From NCBI GenBank assembly GCA_965222225.1, contig CBDCTK010000002.1, forward strand, positions 2,624,001 to 2,688,000: a DNA stretch of 64,000 nucleotides. The letters are read 5' to 3'. A program made the translations under genes and the position numbers. Position 1 is the stretch's first letter. Each line of letters starts with the position of its first letter. The notes beneath the pieces were generated by a model. The model did no database searches. It was not told the origin of the DNA and saw nothing but the letters and a program-made list of their open reading frames with translations. This document shows, piece after piece, positions 20,298-30,615 of this stretch. The stretch comes from Candidatus Poribacteria bacterium (GTDB taxonomy: Bacteria; Poribacteria; WGA-4E; JAJDTR01).

Positions 20298-20993
20298 ATG
20301 CCATATAGCAATCCAACATGGGAACAGCTACGCAAATTGAGGGAACGCATGCGCAATGGCGAAGAGCTCAATATCGCAAACGGAAAACTGGGGATGTCCA
20401 AAAGCGAGATTGAAACGATTCTCGGTGGCGATTCCTATGATATGATCGGTGTTGATAGTCAACATGCCCCATTCAATGAGGAGAAGTTGGTGGAGTTCTG
20501 CGGGATCGCGAAAGAGTTGGAGATGCCGGTTCAATTCCGCATCAAGCACACGCGGCACACCTATCTCCTCGGAAATCTTCTCGATCTCGGTCCGGCGGCG
20601 ATTGTCGTCCCGCAGGTTGAGACCGAGGCAACGGTTGACGAAGCCATTCGCAACTTCTATTATCCGCCGGTGGGTAAGCGGAGTTGGCCGCCGCCCAACG
20701 GTTGGGGCTGGTCAGGCGGCGTTGACCGGGCGGAGTACATTGAATGGTGGAACGAGAACGGCATTCTCTCGTTTCAGATTGAATCCGTTGAGGCGGTGCT
20801 CAATGCGCGGAAACTTGCCAAACCCGGGATTTCCATGATTCACTGGGGTAGGAACGATTTGCATTTTAGCATGGCGATGTATCCCGAACCGCCGTTCGCA
20901 TCGTTTGAGGAGTGCGTGGCACATGTGAAGAAGCAGATGGAGGGGACAGGCGTTAAGGTCTCGTCCGCCGTCGCGCCGGCCGGGCGGCTCTAG
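20298..20993 (+). CDS. HpcH/HpaI aldolase family protein
   Basis: VDSQH, LLDLGP..IVVPQVET, YPPVGKRS, QIES motifs. Confidence 0.85.
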   Translation: MPYSNPTWEQLRKLRERMRNGEELNIANGKLGMSKSEIETILGGDSYDMIGVDSQHAPFNEEKLVEFCGIAKELEMPVQFRIKHTRHTYLLGNLLDLGPAAIVVPQVETEATVDEAIRNFYYPPVGKRSWPPPNGWGWSGGVDRAEYIEWWNENGILSFQIESVEAVLNARKLAKPGISMIHWGRNDLHFSMAMYPEPPFASFEECVAHVKKQMEGTGVKVSSAVAPAGRL

Positions 20994-21220
20994 TTTTCGG
21001 CTCATGGTCGGTGGCTTGACTTTCCCTCGATCTCCGGTCGCAATGGGGAATTCCGACGATTGTCAATGGCGTTGTAGAGCAAATGGTGGGTCGGCGTTTT
21101 GCTAATAGCCGATCCACCCTACAAACGCTTCCAAAGGGTAAACGCTCCCAAGTTGTAATTCGTTTTGTCCTGCCCTAGCAGTAGATTTTTCTAAACTCTC
21201 TCGAAAATTTGGAGGATTTC

Positions 21221-21826
21221 ATGAAACAACTAGCCATTTCGGTCGGCTGCATTCTCTTGGTCATTCTAGCAGGGTGCGGCGCGCCGAAAACCGTCGAACG
21301 CATTGAAACCGACACCACGATTGACCTTTCCGGGGAATGGAATGACACCGATTCTCGTCAAGTTTCCGAAGCCATGATCTCGGATTGTCTGAATCACCCG
21401 TGGATAGGGCGGCACACCGCCCGTTCCCAAGGGAAGAGTCCTGTGGTCATCATTGGCGCCATTCGCAACCGCAGTTCCGAACATATCGCGGTTCCTACAT
21501 TCGTGAACGATATTGAACGGGCATTCATCAACTCCGGCTTGGTGTCCGTGGTCGCGAGCTCCAACGAGCGCGGCAGTCTGCGTGACGAGAAGGACGACCA
21601 GAGCATGTTCGCAACCCCCGAATCCACCAAACAGATGGGACGCGAACTTGGCGCGGATTATATGTTGATGGGGCAGATTAACACCATTGAAGACCGTGAG
21701 GGCGGGAAACAAGTCACCTTTTATCAAGTTGACCTGACCTTGACCGACATTGAAAGCAACCAAAAAATATGGCTTGGGCAGAAGAAAATCAAAAAGTTCA
21801 TTCAACGGAAACGCGCCGCTTTTTAG
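21221..21826 (+). CDS. lpoB: Penicillin-binding protein activator LpoB family lipoprotein
   Basis: Lipobox LAGC, DLSGEWNDTD, NRSSEHI, GADYML.G, FYQVDLTL. Confidence 0.8.
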   Translation: MKQLAISVGCILLVILAGCGAPKTVERIETDTTIDLSGEWNDTDSRQVSEAMISDCLNHPWIGRHTARSQGKSPVVIIGAIRNRSSEHIAVPTFVNDIERAFINSGLVSVVASSNERGSLRDEKDDQSMFATPESTKQMGRELGADYMLMGQINTIEDREGGKQVTFYQVDLTLTDIESNQKIWLGQKKIKKFIQRKRAAF

Positions 21827-21833
21827 CCGACTG

Positions 21834-23261
21834 ATGCAAACTGCGAAACTCCTTCCGTTCTTTGCGCTCCTATGCCTAAGTCTTGGATGCGGCGGCTATA
21901 AGATGGGGGAGATTTATAGTTCGTTAGAAGCGGGAAACCCTGAAGCTGCCCTCAACTACCTTGATAAGAAGGCGCCGGACAAAGAGAACCTCCCGTTCCT
22001 TTTTGAACGGGGACTGGTTGCACATTACGCGGATCGCTATCAGGAAAGCAACGCGGCGCTAGCGCGGGCGGAATCCATTTCGGAAGACCTCTATACCCGC
22101 AGTATTTCCAAGGAGGCGGCCGCGCTGCTCACAACCGACTTGGTGCGGCCCTATCCCGGTGCGCGCTATGAGCGGCTCTTGAGCCATTACTATCGGATTC
22201 TCAATTATCTTTATCTGAACGAAATTGAGGATGCACTGGTAGAATGCCGTCGTGCGACGCGGCTCATCCGGTACTACGTAAACGAGCATGAGGATTACGA
22301 TTTTTTCGGTGCGCCGTTTTTGGCGTATTTGACGGGTATACTCTTCGAATCTTCCGGAGAGTTGAACGATGCCTTCATCTCCTACCAGCAGGCTGAAGAG
22401 TATTATGAACGCGTGTCGCCCAAAACAGGGGAAAGCCTTCCCCAGGATATCGGCGACTCGCTGGTACGGTTAGCACGCGCCCTGGGGTTTTCTGAAGAGG
22501 AGGCGCTTTACCGGAGGAAATATGGTGACCCACATGAACCGACCAAAGGTTATGGCGAACTCATCCTCTTTTACGAAAGCGGGTACGTGCCTGCCAAATA
22601 TGAAGAAACGCTGACATTTCCTATCCTGAAAACCGATTCGTTTGAAGACGAACCCAAGAAGAGACGTGGGAATCGGAAGACTTCGAACTTTGCCAGAACG
22701 CTCGTGTCGCGCCGCGGCAAATCCTATTCGGAAACCAAGTTGGAGTATCTTCTGCACGTCGCAATGCCCGCAATTCGTTCCAATCGCCCCCGACTCACAG
22801 GGATTGCTGTAGAAGCCGGCGAAGCCGAACAGAGAGGGATTCTGGTTGCCGATGTCGAAACTATGGCAATAGAAACGCTAGAATCTCAGGAGGGGGGCAT
22901 TCTCCTGCGCACGGTGACGCGTGCTTTGTTGAAATACCTTGCCTACCGGGAAATAACGAAGAAATCGGAAGATGAAAGCGAATCGGAGGAGGAAGCTGAT
23001 CGTACAAAAGAAATTTTCATGGATTTGCTAGGACGCGCGGTGAACGTTGTGAACATAGCCACCGAACGTGCCGACACCCGCTCGTGGCAAACCTTGTCGA
23101 ATCAAATTTTTCTTGTACGGATGCGCTTGCCAGCGGGCAGCCACACTGTCACGCTTGTGTTTTCCGACGGAGTTAACCGTCAAAGAGGGGTTGAGTCATT
23201 GGAGGATGTCGTCATTCGGGAGAATGAAGCGACTTTTCTGAATTACCGCACATTTGAGTAG
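21834..23261 (+). CDS. COG3014-like lipoprotein (frequent lpoB neighbour)
   Basis: Lipobox LGC, TPR-like N-terminus, 'PYPGARYE', 'ALVECR', 'ERADTRSWQTL'. Confidence 0.7.
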   Translation: MQTAKLLPFFALLCLSLGCGGYKMGEIYSSLEAGNPEAALNYLDKKAPDKENLPFLFERGLVAHYADRYQESNAALARAESISEDLYTRSISKEAAALLTTDLVRPYPGARYERLLSHYYRILNYLYLNEIEDALVECRRATRLIRYYVNEHEDYDFFGAPFLAYLTGILFESSGELNDAFISYQQAEEYYERVSPKTGESLPQDIGDSLVRLARALGFSEEEALYRRKYGDPHEPTKGYGELILFYESGYVPAKYEETLTFPILKTDSFEDEPKKRRGNRKTSNFARTLVSRRGKSYSETKLEYLLHVAMPAIRSNRPRLTGIAVEAGEAEQRGILVADVETMAIETLESQEGGILLRTVTRALLKYLAYREITKKSEDESESEEEADRTKEIFMDLLGRAVNVVNIATERADTRSWQTLSNQIFLVRMRLPAGSHTVTLVFSDGVNRQRGVESLEDVVIRENEATFLNYRTFE

Positions 23262-23459
23262 GCGTCGGTGGTTCGGCGTAGCGCGGGAAATTGCTATCAG
23301 TCCACTCTACAGGTACGGTTTGGATGTTCCTATCCGAGCGAAGTGGGCACGGTAGATAAAACGCAACACAACACACAAATAGATCCAGTTTCCACAATTT
23401 CCGGTTGGTGGCAACTTGGGTCATTTTAATCGTCCAAAAACGAGTGCCGAGTTGAGCAA

Positions 23460-23839
23460 CACGCGGCGTCGGTTCGGTGTATTACTCCGATTCGGCTTTC
23501 TGGACAGCGGATTGCCATAAAATACCGGTTCTCTATGTGATTTCGAACAATGGATCGTACGGGGTCGTTGCTCGCGCCTTCGGAAACGCTGGCGGCAGTA
23601 TACAGAAGACGGGTGAATATGCGGGGGTTGTTCTGGATAATATTGATATCGTGAAAATCGCCGAAGCGTATGGAGGACGGTATGCACGTGCAAGAGGAAT
23701 CAGAGCTTGCCGATGTGCCATGGAGCGTGGATTGAATGTGGTTGAAGGCGAGTGGCACCCATATATCCTGAACGTGCATTTGCCTGTTGGTCTTCCGGCA
23801 GGCGGCCGCCCGGCGAAACCGTACCATTTCCCAGAGTAG
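23460..23839 (+). pseudogene. C-terminal fragment of a ThDP-binding enzyme (benzoylformate decarboxylase-like)
   Basis: Degenerate GDG..(x)n..NN motif 'GSVYYSDSAFWTA...PVLYVISNNGSYG', 'IDIVKIAEAYG'; no N-terminal domains. Confidence 0.6.
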
Positions 23840-24146
23840 CACAGTTGGCGTGAGTTGCTACCCGTGTCTGCGCCGTTTTCGCATCAGGGTAGCAACTCGG
23901 GTTACCGTTGAACCTTACGCGCAAGACATGAATACCGGTGAAATTCTAACTTCACACCGAGGTCGGACAGATTAAAGCGGATTGTACAGGTAAGGGGTTA
24001 TGGGCCCGATTTAGGTTTTTTGGTGCCAGGATTGTTAAAGTTGGTCCACCTGACGTGCACGTCACGCGAATTGGGAAGAATGCCGTTGAAAATCCGAGTT
24101 TGAAGCGGTATAGTTCATAGCCGCTCGAATTCAAAGGAGAATTGCG

Positions 24147-24695
24147 ATGGAAGAATGGATTAGAATTGTCGTGCCGATGGCAGGAACATTCGTCGCGATT
24201 GCTGCGCTGTGGTGGAAGCTTACCAGTAGCGTGGCGACAAAAATTGACATAACAGGTCTGAAGTCTGACCTAAAAGAAGATATGGCGGGTTTGGAGTCTG
24301 GCCTGAAAGACGATATTGCAGGTTTGAAGGCTGATATGAACAGGGCAGATGACAACCTTCAGAAGCAAATCAGCCATGCGGTTGATTTGACGCTTAGCGT
24401 GACTCAGGAAATCAGAGAGGATATGCGGCAGATGCGCTCGGAGTTCCTGAAACTTGGTGAGAAAATGGATGCCGGCTTATTCAAGCTTGATGAGAAAATG
24501 GACGCGGGATTCACTCGACTTGACGACAAGATAGATTCCGGCTTAACCCGACTTGATGACAAGATGGAGGCCAATTCTCAGGCGTCCCATGTGGAGACAA
24601 TGAAATTTACAGAAAAAATAGATAACGTGGCGAACGATCTCCGCGCTGAAATCAGAGAACGGATAAATGGCAAGACCGAGGATATTGATAGTTAA
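24147..24695 (+). CDS. Membrane-anchored coiled-coil protein with 11-residue repeats
   Basis: AAAGGAG RBS, N-terminal TM, repeats such as KLDEKMDAGFT/RLDDKIDSGLT (33-bp DNA repeats at ~24450-24570). Confidence 0.8.
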   Translation: MEEWIRIVVPMAGTFVAIAALWWKLTSSVATKIDITGLKSDLKEDMAGLESGLKDDIAGLKADMNRADDNLQKQISHAVDLTLSVTQEIREDMRQMRSEFLKLGEKMDAGLFKLDEKMDAGFTRLDDKIDSGLTRLDDKMEANSQASHVETMKFTEKIDNVANDLRAEIRERINGKTEDIDS

Positions 24696-24880
24696 AACAA
24701 AATTGCGCTTTCACGTGCACGCCACTTTGACTCGGTGAGAGCAAAGTTTACAATTAAACACCGTTTTGATTCTTGAACACGACGCACAAGTCATGGAAGA
24801 AGGCGAACAATTTATGCAAGACATCGAATCCTGTGTGCATTCTACCTTTTAGGTGCCAAGGCGGTTATGAAAAGGAGATT

Positions 24881-25687
24881 ATGGAACGGAGAGGAACAAG
24901 GTTAGAAGGTAAAGTCGCTATTGTAACGGGTGCAGGCACCGTCACCGATGTCGCCGGAACAGGGCAAGCCATGGCTATCCTGTTCGCCAGACACGGCGCG
25001 AAGGTGATTGTGGCGGACATGTCGGAAGCGAACGCCCAAAAGACAATTGACACGATAGAGGCTGAAGGGGGCACGGCGTCCCTGTTCATCGTTGACGTAA
25101 CCAAGAACGCGGAATGCAAGGCGATGGTAGACGCGGCGGTCGAGCGTTACGGCGGGCTGGACATTCTCATCAATAACGTGGGAATTGGCCGCGGCGGGAC
25201 GGTTGTTGACGTCTCCGAGGAGGAGTGGGATCTCGTGCTGAACGTCAATCTCAAGAGCATGATGCTAACCAGCAAGCACGCCATTCCCACCATGATTGAG
25301 GGGGGTGGGGGTGCAATTATAAACCTGTCCTCGATCGACGGTCTGCGGGCGGGTTGGATAGCCGATATCCACTACAGCGCGGCTAAGGGCGGTGTCATCG
25401 CCATGACCAAGAACATGGCGGTACATCACGGTCGGGACAACATCCGCGTCAATGCCATTGCCCCCGGACACCTTTACGCATCGCTTGTCAGCAAGATTTC
25501 CGAGGAAGACCGAGAGATGCGACGTCGCGCCGCGCCATTGGGGACGGAGGGCACGGCGTGGGATGTCGCCTGGGCGGCGTTGTTCTTGGCGAGCGACGAA
25601 GCACGCTGGATTTCCGGTATCGTGCTGCCGGTTGATGCCGGGCTTATCGCGACGACGCCGCTTTCGATGCTGCCTCATTTGCGATAG
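24881..25687 (+). CDS. SDR family oxidoreductase
   Basis: VTGAG...GTG, NNVG, YSAAK, RVNAIAPG; AAGGAG RBS before ATG 24881. Confidence 0.92.
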   Translation: MERRGTRLEGKVAIVTGAGTVTDVAGTGQAMAILFARHGAKVIVADMSEANAQKTIDTIEAEGGTASLFIVDVTKNAECKAMVDAAVERYGGLDILINNVGIGRGGTVVDVSEEEWDLVLNVNLKSMMLTSKHAIPTMIEGGGGAIINLSSIDGLRAGWIADIHYSAAKGGVIAMTKNMAVHHGRDNIRVNAIAPGHLYASLVSKISEEDREMRRRAAPLGTEGTAWDVAWAALFLASDEARWISGIVLPVDAGLIATTPLSMLPHLR

Positions 25688-26069
25688 AGATTCTAGGACG
25701 ATAGAATATCCTGATCGTTGTCCACTCGCTTAATCGCTCCTGCGGGGAGTTTAGCGTCGGAATAAGAATTAAGCGCCCTAACGCGAACTTTTAAAGCCTG
25801 TTTGAAAATAGATGGTAAAGCCATTCTAGGGCATTTGAACGCTATTACCTGTAGAATCTCTATCGCATTGCGTACCCTACAAGAATTGGTGGGCGGTGCC
25901 CACCCTACAAATGTACAAAGTCAAGCTTAGGTGTGCAATTGCGTAAGTCCCAAATTTGATACAGCTTGCCAGAAGCGCTCTAAATGCCCAATCCGTAGGG
26001 TGGGCACCGCCCACCATATTGTATGCTACCCGTTCGCGTCAAATGATGCCACGTATTTCTCGCCGTAAA

Positions 26070-26101
26070 GAAACCGAGTTTTGCGGAAAAAACTCGGTTT
26101 C
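26070..26101. repeat. Dispersed palindrome GAAACCGAGTTTT-n-AAAACTCGGTTTC
   Basis: Copies at 26070-26101, 32742-32773 and, with a long spacer, 47303-47400. Confidence 0.8.
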
Positions 26102-26180
26102 GTCCGAGTCGTGTCCATAGTCCTTTGCATTTATATTTACACATATGAGCGTTGATTGACTCGACTTAGCTCGCTTTCCG

Positions 26181-28502
26181 TCATTGAGCCGTATCCTCCC
26201 TCCCTTTCTCCCACTCGCACCGCTCAATCCAATCCTTTGCGGCGAGGGTTGAACCGAGCGGCAAGTCGTTATCTTCGGACAACCGCTGAAACTGCGACAT
26301 CGCGCCGTCGTATTGTCGCAGATGATACAGATTGATTGCAAACAGCCGCGTGTTCTCAATCCGCAAAACCCGATGCGGCAAGCCAAACGCCGCTGCTTTT
26401 ACAAGGTAGTCGTTCGATGCCGCATACCCCTGATCGAGATGTAGTTGACGCCCAATTATGTAGAGAGCAAGCCCCCACTCCGGCATCTCATCGATCACCT
26501 CGTGGAGTAGATTCAACCTTGATGTGTTTGACTCCTTCCCAATCAACACCTGTTTCATCCGTGACCGCGCCGTTGTCGATTCAAGCGCGAGCGTCGCAAG
26601 TTTGGCGTGCGCTTCTCGACTGAGCGCGTCCGATGCATTGAGCGCCGATACCTCTTGATAGAGCGTTTGAGCGGATTCGTGTCTTCCGGCACCCCAGTTC
26701 AGATCGCCTTGCACGCTTTTGGCTTCGGCGATTTGCCGCGTTGTCGCGGCGGGATGAGCAGTGATTTTCTTCGCCCAATTGCTTGCTTGATCGTAATCTC
26801 CCGTCCGGTAATGAGCGTACATTAGCCCGCGCAGGTGACGCGGATCTTCTGAATCGAATTCGTGGATCCGGTTGAATAACCGAATCGCCCGCGCGAAGTT
26901 CGACTGACGATACGCCCTCCACGCCTTCGCCGAGAGTTCGGCAATCTCGTGGGCGCACGTCTTCTGAAAGATGCTCCCACGCTTCAAACGGTGTTCCGCC
27001 ATAGTCAAATCTTCGGGGGTCAGGGGAACGGTGTCCAGAAACGTCTCCCACTCGTTGCTCAGCTCCGCCAAGGATTTGCCGTAAACGGCTCTAAAATTCC
27101 CAGTCGGAAAAACACGCCTGAACGCCTCTATGCCGTATGTATCCACCACGTATCGGACGAACGATCCGGCGAGCATGTAGCTGCGTGAAGACGCCTGCGC
27201 CCAGAAACCGAGTCCCATGATTTGCTCTATCTCTGGGGCGACATCCAACTCCCTCATTGCCTTGCTCCATTGATGGGGTGTCAGTTTTCCCTCGTCCCAA
27301 TCGGCGACGACAGCGATGCCTTCGTGCAACCCCAGCTTAAGGCTGACCTTGAAGAACGGATGCCAATCAGTCGTCAGTGCGTGGACTAATTCGTGTTTGA
27401 TGATTGGGTGGGGAAACGGCTCGTAATTGACGTGAAAGCCGTAGCCGAACGGGTCTTCAACCAAGGTGTGCCCGGCGCCAATCAAGCGTTTTTTCTGGTC
27501 GGGCGATGTGTAGATATAGGCGTTCACCTTCCGTGAGGGCTGCGTCTGGAGATACGCGATTAGCTGGGCATACCGAAATTCGTGGTCTCGCGCAATCTTA
27601 TCGATTTCCCGTTCAACCTTCGACCCTTTCTCATAGAAAATATTAAAATGGTCTGTTTCGTGCAGTCCTCCCAACGTTCTTTCAATGTATCCCCGCGTCG
27701 GGCGCAAGCCGAGTTCACCCCTGTTCAGGTAAACAAGTAGAAGTAAACATGCGAGGGCTAGGAGTTGAATTCGCGGATATACCTCCACGAAACGCGGCTT
27801 AAACCGATAGAGTTTCCGCCAGTTCAAAGAGAGGGTAAGTTGGGGGCGTCTGCCACTCTCGAACGTAATGATTGAGAGCGATAGGAAGAGCCACGTCAGC
27901 AGAATCGCGGTTCCGCGCGCGATGAGGAGTGAGCCGGTGATTGAAATCTGTTCATCGTATATGGGTCCGGGAAGGTAACCGAAAGCCGCATGGAATCCGA
28001 ACACCGGGGGATGGAAGATGAGATTGTAGACGAACGTAAGGAATGTGACGACGATATACGCCAAGTATGCGGTATACCCACCCCAACGCCGCTTCATCCA
28101 GAAACCGAAAAACAGTCCGGCAGCAGTCGCGTAGGCGCAACTGATAACCGGCAACAGAAAAAAGAACGCCAAGCCGTCGGACAGATTGCAGTTCTTGACA
28201 CGCAGCGCGTTCAGGGACAGAATAGCCAGCGGCGCGATCAACAGCGTCAGGTTTGCCCCGAGCGTCCTCCAGAAAAGGGTTATCACGATTTGGTGGGATG
28301 AGCCTGAAAGGATTTGGAGTGAGCGCCTCAGATGGTGTACACAGGTTACGCTGATATACGCCCCGGCGAATGCGATGCCGATGGTGAGGACGGCGCAGGA
28401 TTCAAACGCCAACAGGTTGAACAGCGGAACGCGGATCAGCACTAACCCGATCCCTGCCAAGATGATGAACCAGAGCCAGTATGAGATTGATTTGAAAATC
28501 AT
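26181..28502 (-). CDS. Polytopic membrane protein with gluzincin-type peptidase motif and TPR repeats
   Basis: About 7 N-terminal TM segments, HELVH...EGIA, 'SYMLAGSFVRY', C-terminal TPR-like helices. Confidence 0.75.
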   Translation of the reverse strand: MIFKSISYWLWFIILAGIGLVLIRVPLFNLLAFESCAVLTIGIAFAGAYISVTCVHHLRRSLQILSGSSHQIVITLFWRTLGANLTLLIAPLAILSLNALRVKNCNLSDGLAFFFLLPVISCAYATAAGLFFGFWMKRRWGGYTAYLAYIVVTFLTFVYNLIFHPPVFGFHAAFGYLPGPIYDEQISITGSLLIARGTAILLTWLFLSLSIITFESGRRPQLTLSLNWRKLYRFKPRFVEVYPRIQLLALACLLLLVYLNRGELGLRPTRGYIERTLGGLHETDHFNIFYEKGSKVEREIDKIARDHEFRYAQLIAYLQTQPSRKVNAYIYTSPDQKKRLIGAGHTLVEDPFGYGFHVNYEPFPHPIIKHELVHALTTDWHPFFKVSLKLGLHEGIAVVADWDEGKLTPHQWSKAMRELDVAPEIEQIMGLGFWAQASSRSYMLAGSFVRYVVDTYGIEAFRRVFPTGNFRAVYGKSLAELSNEWETFLDTVPLTPEDLTMAEHRLKRGSIFQKTCAHEIAELSAKAWRAYRQSNFARAIRLFNRIHEFDSEDPRHLRGLMYAHYRTGDYDQASNWAKKITAHPAATTRQIAEAKSVQGDLNWGAGRHESAQTLYQEVSALNASDALSREAHAKLATLALESTTARSRMKQVLIGKESNTSRLNLLHEVIDEMPEWGLALYIIGRQLHLDQGYAASNDYLVKAAAFGLPHRVLRIENTRLFAINLYHLRQYDGAMSQFQRLSEDNDLPLGSTLAAKDWIERCEWEKGREDTAQ

Positions 28503-28768
28503 GTGTCGTGGTTACGTAAACCTGGAATTGAAGTAGAGAAATCCTAGGCTATATAAAAAAAAATGGATGCTTCTTGGGATATGGATGAATTTTAGCTGAA
28601 AATGAGGGAAGTGAAGTCATCCGTGCGATACCGAGATCGCCCTTGACATTCCTTGAACATTACCTATACTTTACGTACCAACCTTGAGGACTCCCGAATT
28701 TATGTTTGGAAATCACGTAATTTGAGTCCGTGAGCCAAGAAATCTACACCGAAAGGAAGTGCCAATTC

Positions 28769-29155
28769 ATGAAAACACCACACGATTGCGACCACGAAAG
28801 GTTGTTGGTCGCAAATCTGTCAATTGATTTTGTTCCATCTACCAAACTCACGTCGTTCGCCTTTTTGGGAGTAAAATATGAGGTAGAATCTTGGCCGGAC
28901 CTGTTAGTAAAATTATGGGAAATACTGCAAGACCAACCTGACTTTCGAAGTGCATTGCACCGCTTCGACCAATATGTGTCAGAATATGACGGTGTGGCCT
29001 TCCCAAAAGGAGCCAAGCGAATTAACGACACAGATTTCTTGATTATGACCGACTACCCGGACAATAAATTAAAAGCTATCGCAACGGAATTGCTAGAGCA
29101 CTTCGAATATAAGGCGACAGACTTGTCATTTGAATATCACTCTGGTAACGAATAG
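28769..29155 (+). CDS. Hypothetical protein
   Basis: AAAGGAAG RBS, upstream TTGACA-16-TATACT (28643-28670), protein-like composition. Confidence 0.6.
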   Translation: MKTPHDCDHERLLVANLSIDFVPSTKLTSFAFLGVKYEVESWPDLLVKLWEILQDQPDFRSALHRFDQYVSEYDGVAFPKGAKRINDTDFLIMTDYPDNKLKAIATELLEHFEYKATDLSFEYHSGNE

Positions 29156-29461
29156 CTTCATTTTCTTCCCTAACCTCCTAAGTCAATGAATGTCACTATC
29201 ATTTACCATCGTTGTTCTTACTTTCAGAAGTTGACCTGCCGTTATAATTTCCAAAACTTCATGAGGTGTGATTCCGACTCTTCACAGGCGCTATCGATCT
29301 CTTGAAATCAGTAGAGTCAATGTCACATTGACAACGCAACCCTGAAATGGGCACGCGTAGCGGTTCTGCCTCAATTCGAATGTTGCCGTGACACATCTCA
29401 GTTCAGGATGCTGCTGATTTGGCACATCTGAATACCGGCGTTCATACTATACAAACGACTT

Positions 29462-30472
29462 CTATCTACGGGAACCCGACATGGTTACTTTGCTGCCACG
29501 GTGCGTATCTGTTGTGCCAACATCGTAGGGAAGGAATTTGTGCTTTACAGAAACATCAACAGATTCATTGGAGCCCAAATTTGATGCAGTGGTAGGTAAC
29601 TTGAGCTTGTTTAGTTTCTCTGCCCGTAGAATTTCTACAATGGAGTAATCGGGATCATGGCGAAACACTCTTGCACGGGCTTCAAACCATTTCTGAATCC
29701 ATTCCTTATCCTCCGTCCAGATACTTCCCAATACCTTGTCCATCGGACTTTTGTTTCGTTCCCGAAGTTCCGCAGTAGCACTTCCCCGCTCAGTTGGAGA
29801 TGATGGAAAGTGGTGTAGTAATTTCAAACTCGTAGTACCGCGTGGAAAGAAGATTAAGGATTCTTCTGGCGTTTGGCCTGATGGGGTAATACGGACTAAA
29901 ACATACCTCACTATTCTTAAGTTTCCAGGCTTCCACACAAGGTATAGCCCGTATCCTTGGTAAGTGGATTTGCCCTCTGAATTAGTGCTAAATTCATATT
30001 CTTTCTCCAAATAAATCTGTTGTGCGTCAATAGAGTAATCAAAGGTTATCTTGGACGGTTTGCCAACATCGTAAGGTCTATATGGGTGTCCCACAAGAAC
30101 AGTATCAATGTATGTGAACTCGGTCGTGGCATCCCAAACGGTATTTGGTCGGTCGAAAGTGTCCCGTGTCGAAGCTGGAGGTAATTCTACCGACAATAAA
30201 ACGTTTTGCCCCACAACTTCATTATGACGAAATAATCGCGAGCGAAACTCTCCTACTGGAAAGAAATACAGGACTGAATTTGTAATCTGGCTTCCATAGT
30301 AATCAAACCGAGTTCTATGAAATAACACGATTCGCTGTTCTTTAAGTGGCTCGGTCCACTGAAGGTGAAATTCACTCTCCCCATCTTTGACGAGATAGAC
30401 TTCCGGATCGCCACAACCAAGTCCGATGAACACCAATGTTATTAAAGTGACGAGGTATTTGAAATACTGCAT
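29462..30472 (-). CDS. Hypothetical lipoprotein with internal duplication
   Basis: AAGGAG RBS, lipobox LGC; two halves each carry FFPxG and PYDVG motifs. Confidence 0.75.
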   Translation of the reverse strand: MQYFKYLVTLITLVFIGLGCGDPEVYLVKDGESEFHLQWTEPLKEQRIVLFHRTRFDYYGSQITNSVLYFFPVGEFRSRLFRHNEVVGQNVLLSVELPPASTRDTFDRPNTVWDATTEFTYIDTVLVGHPYRPYDVGKPSKITFDYSIDAQQIYLEKEYEFSTNSEGKSTYQGYGLYLVWKPGNLRIVRYVLVRITPSGQTPEESLIFFPRGTTSLKLLHHFPSSPTERGSATAELRERNKSPMDKVLGSIWTEDKEWIQKWFEARARVFRHDPDYSIVEILRAEKLNKLKLPTTASNLGSNESVDVSVKHKFLPYDVGTTDTHRGSKVTMSGSRR

Positions 30473-30576
30473 AATGATTGCTCCTTACTATATTGTTTGT
30501 AGTGCGTTGGTTGGATTGAACGATCAACCGACTGAATAGGAAGGGGACAGCAAATCCCGCGCGATAGAGGTTTTTA

Positions 30577-30615
30577 ATCCGTGAAATCTGCGTAATCTGA
30601 GTAATCCGTGATTCA
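30577..30615. repeat. Short 9-bp-period tandem repeat
   Basis: AATCCGTGA-AATCTGCGT-AATCTGAGT-AATCCGTGA. Confidence 0.6.

Noticed and set aside
29170-29330. Possible PIN-toxin C-terminal remnant on the minus strand
   Set aside because: Only a few residues of resemblance across different frames; unsupported.
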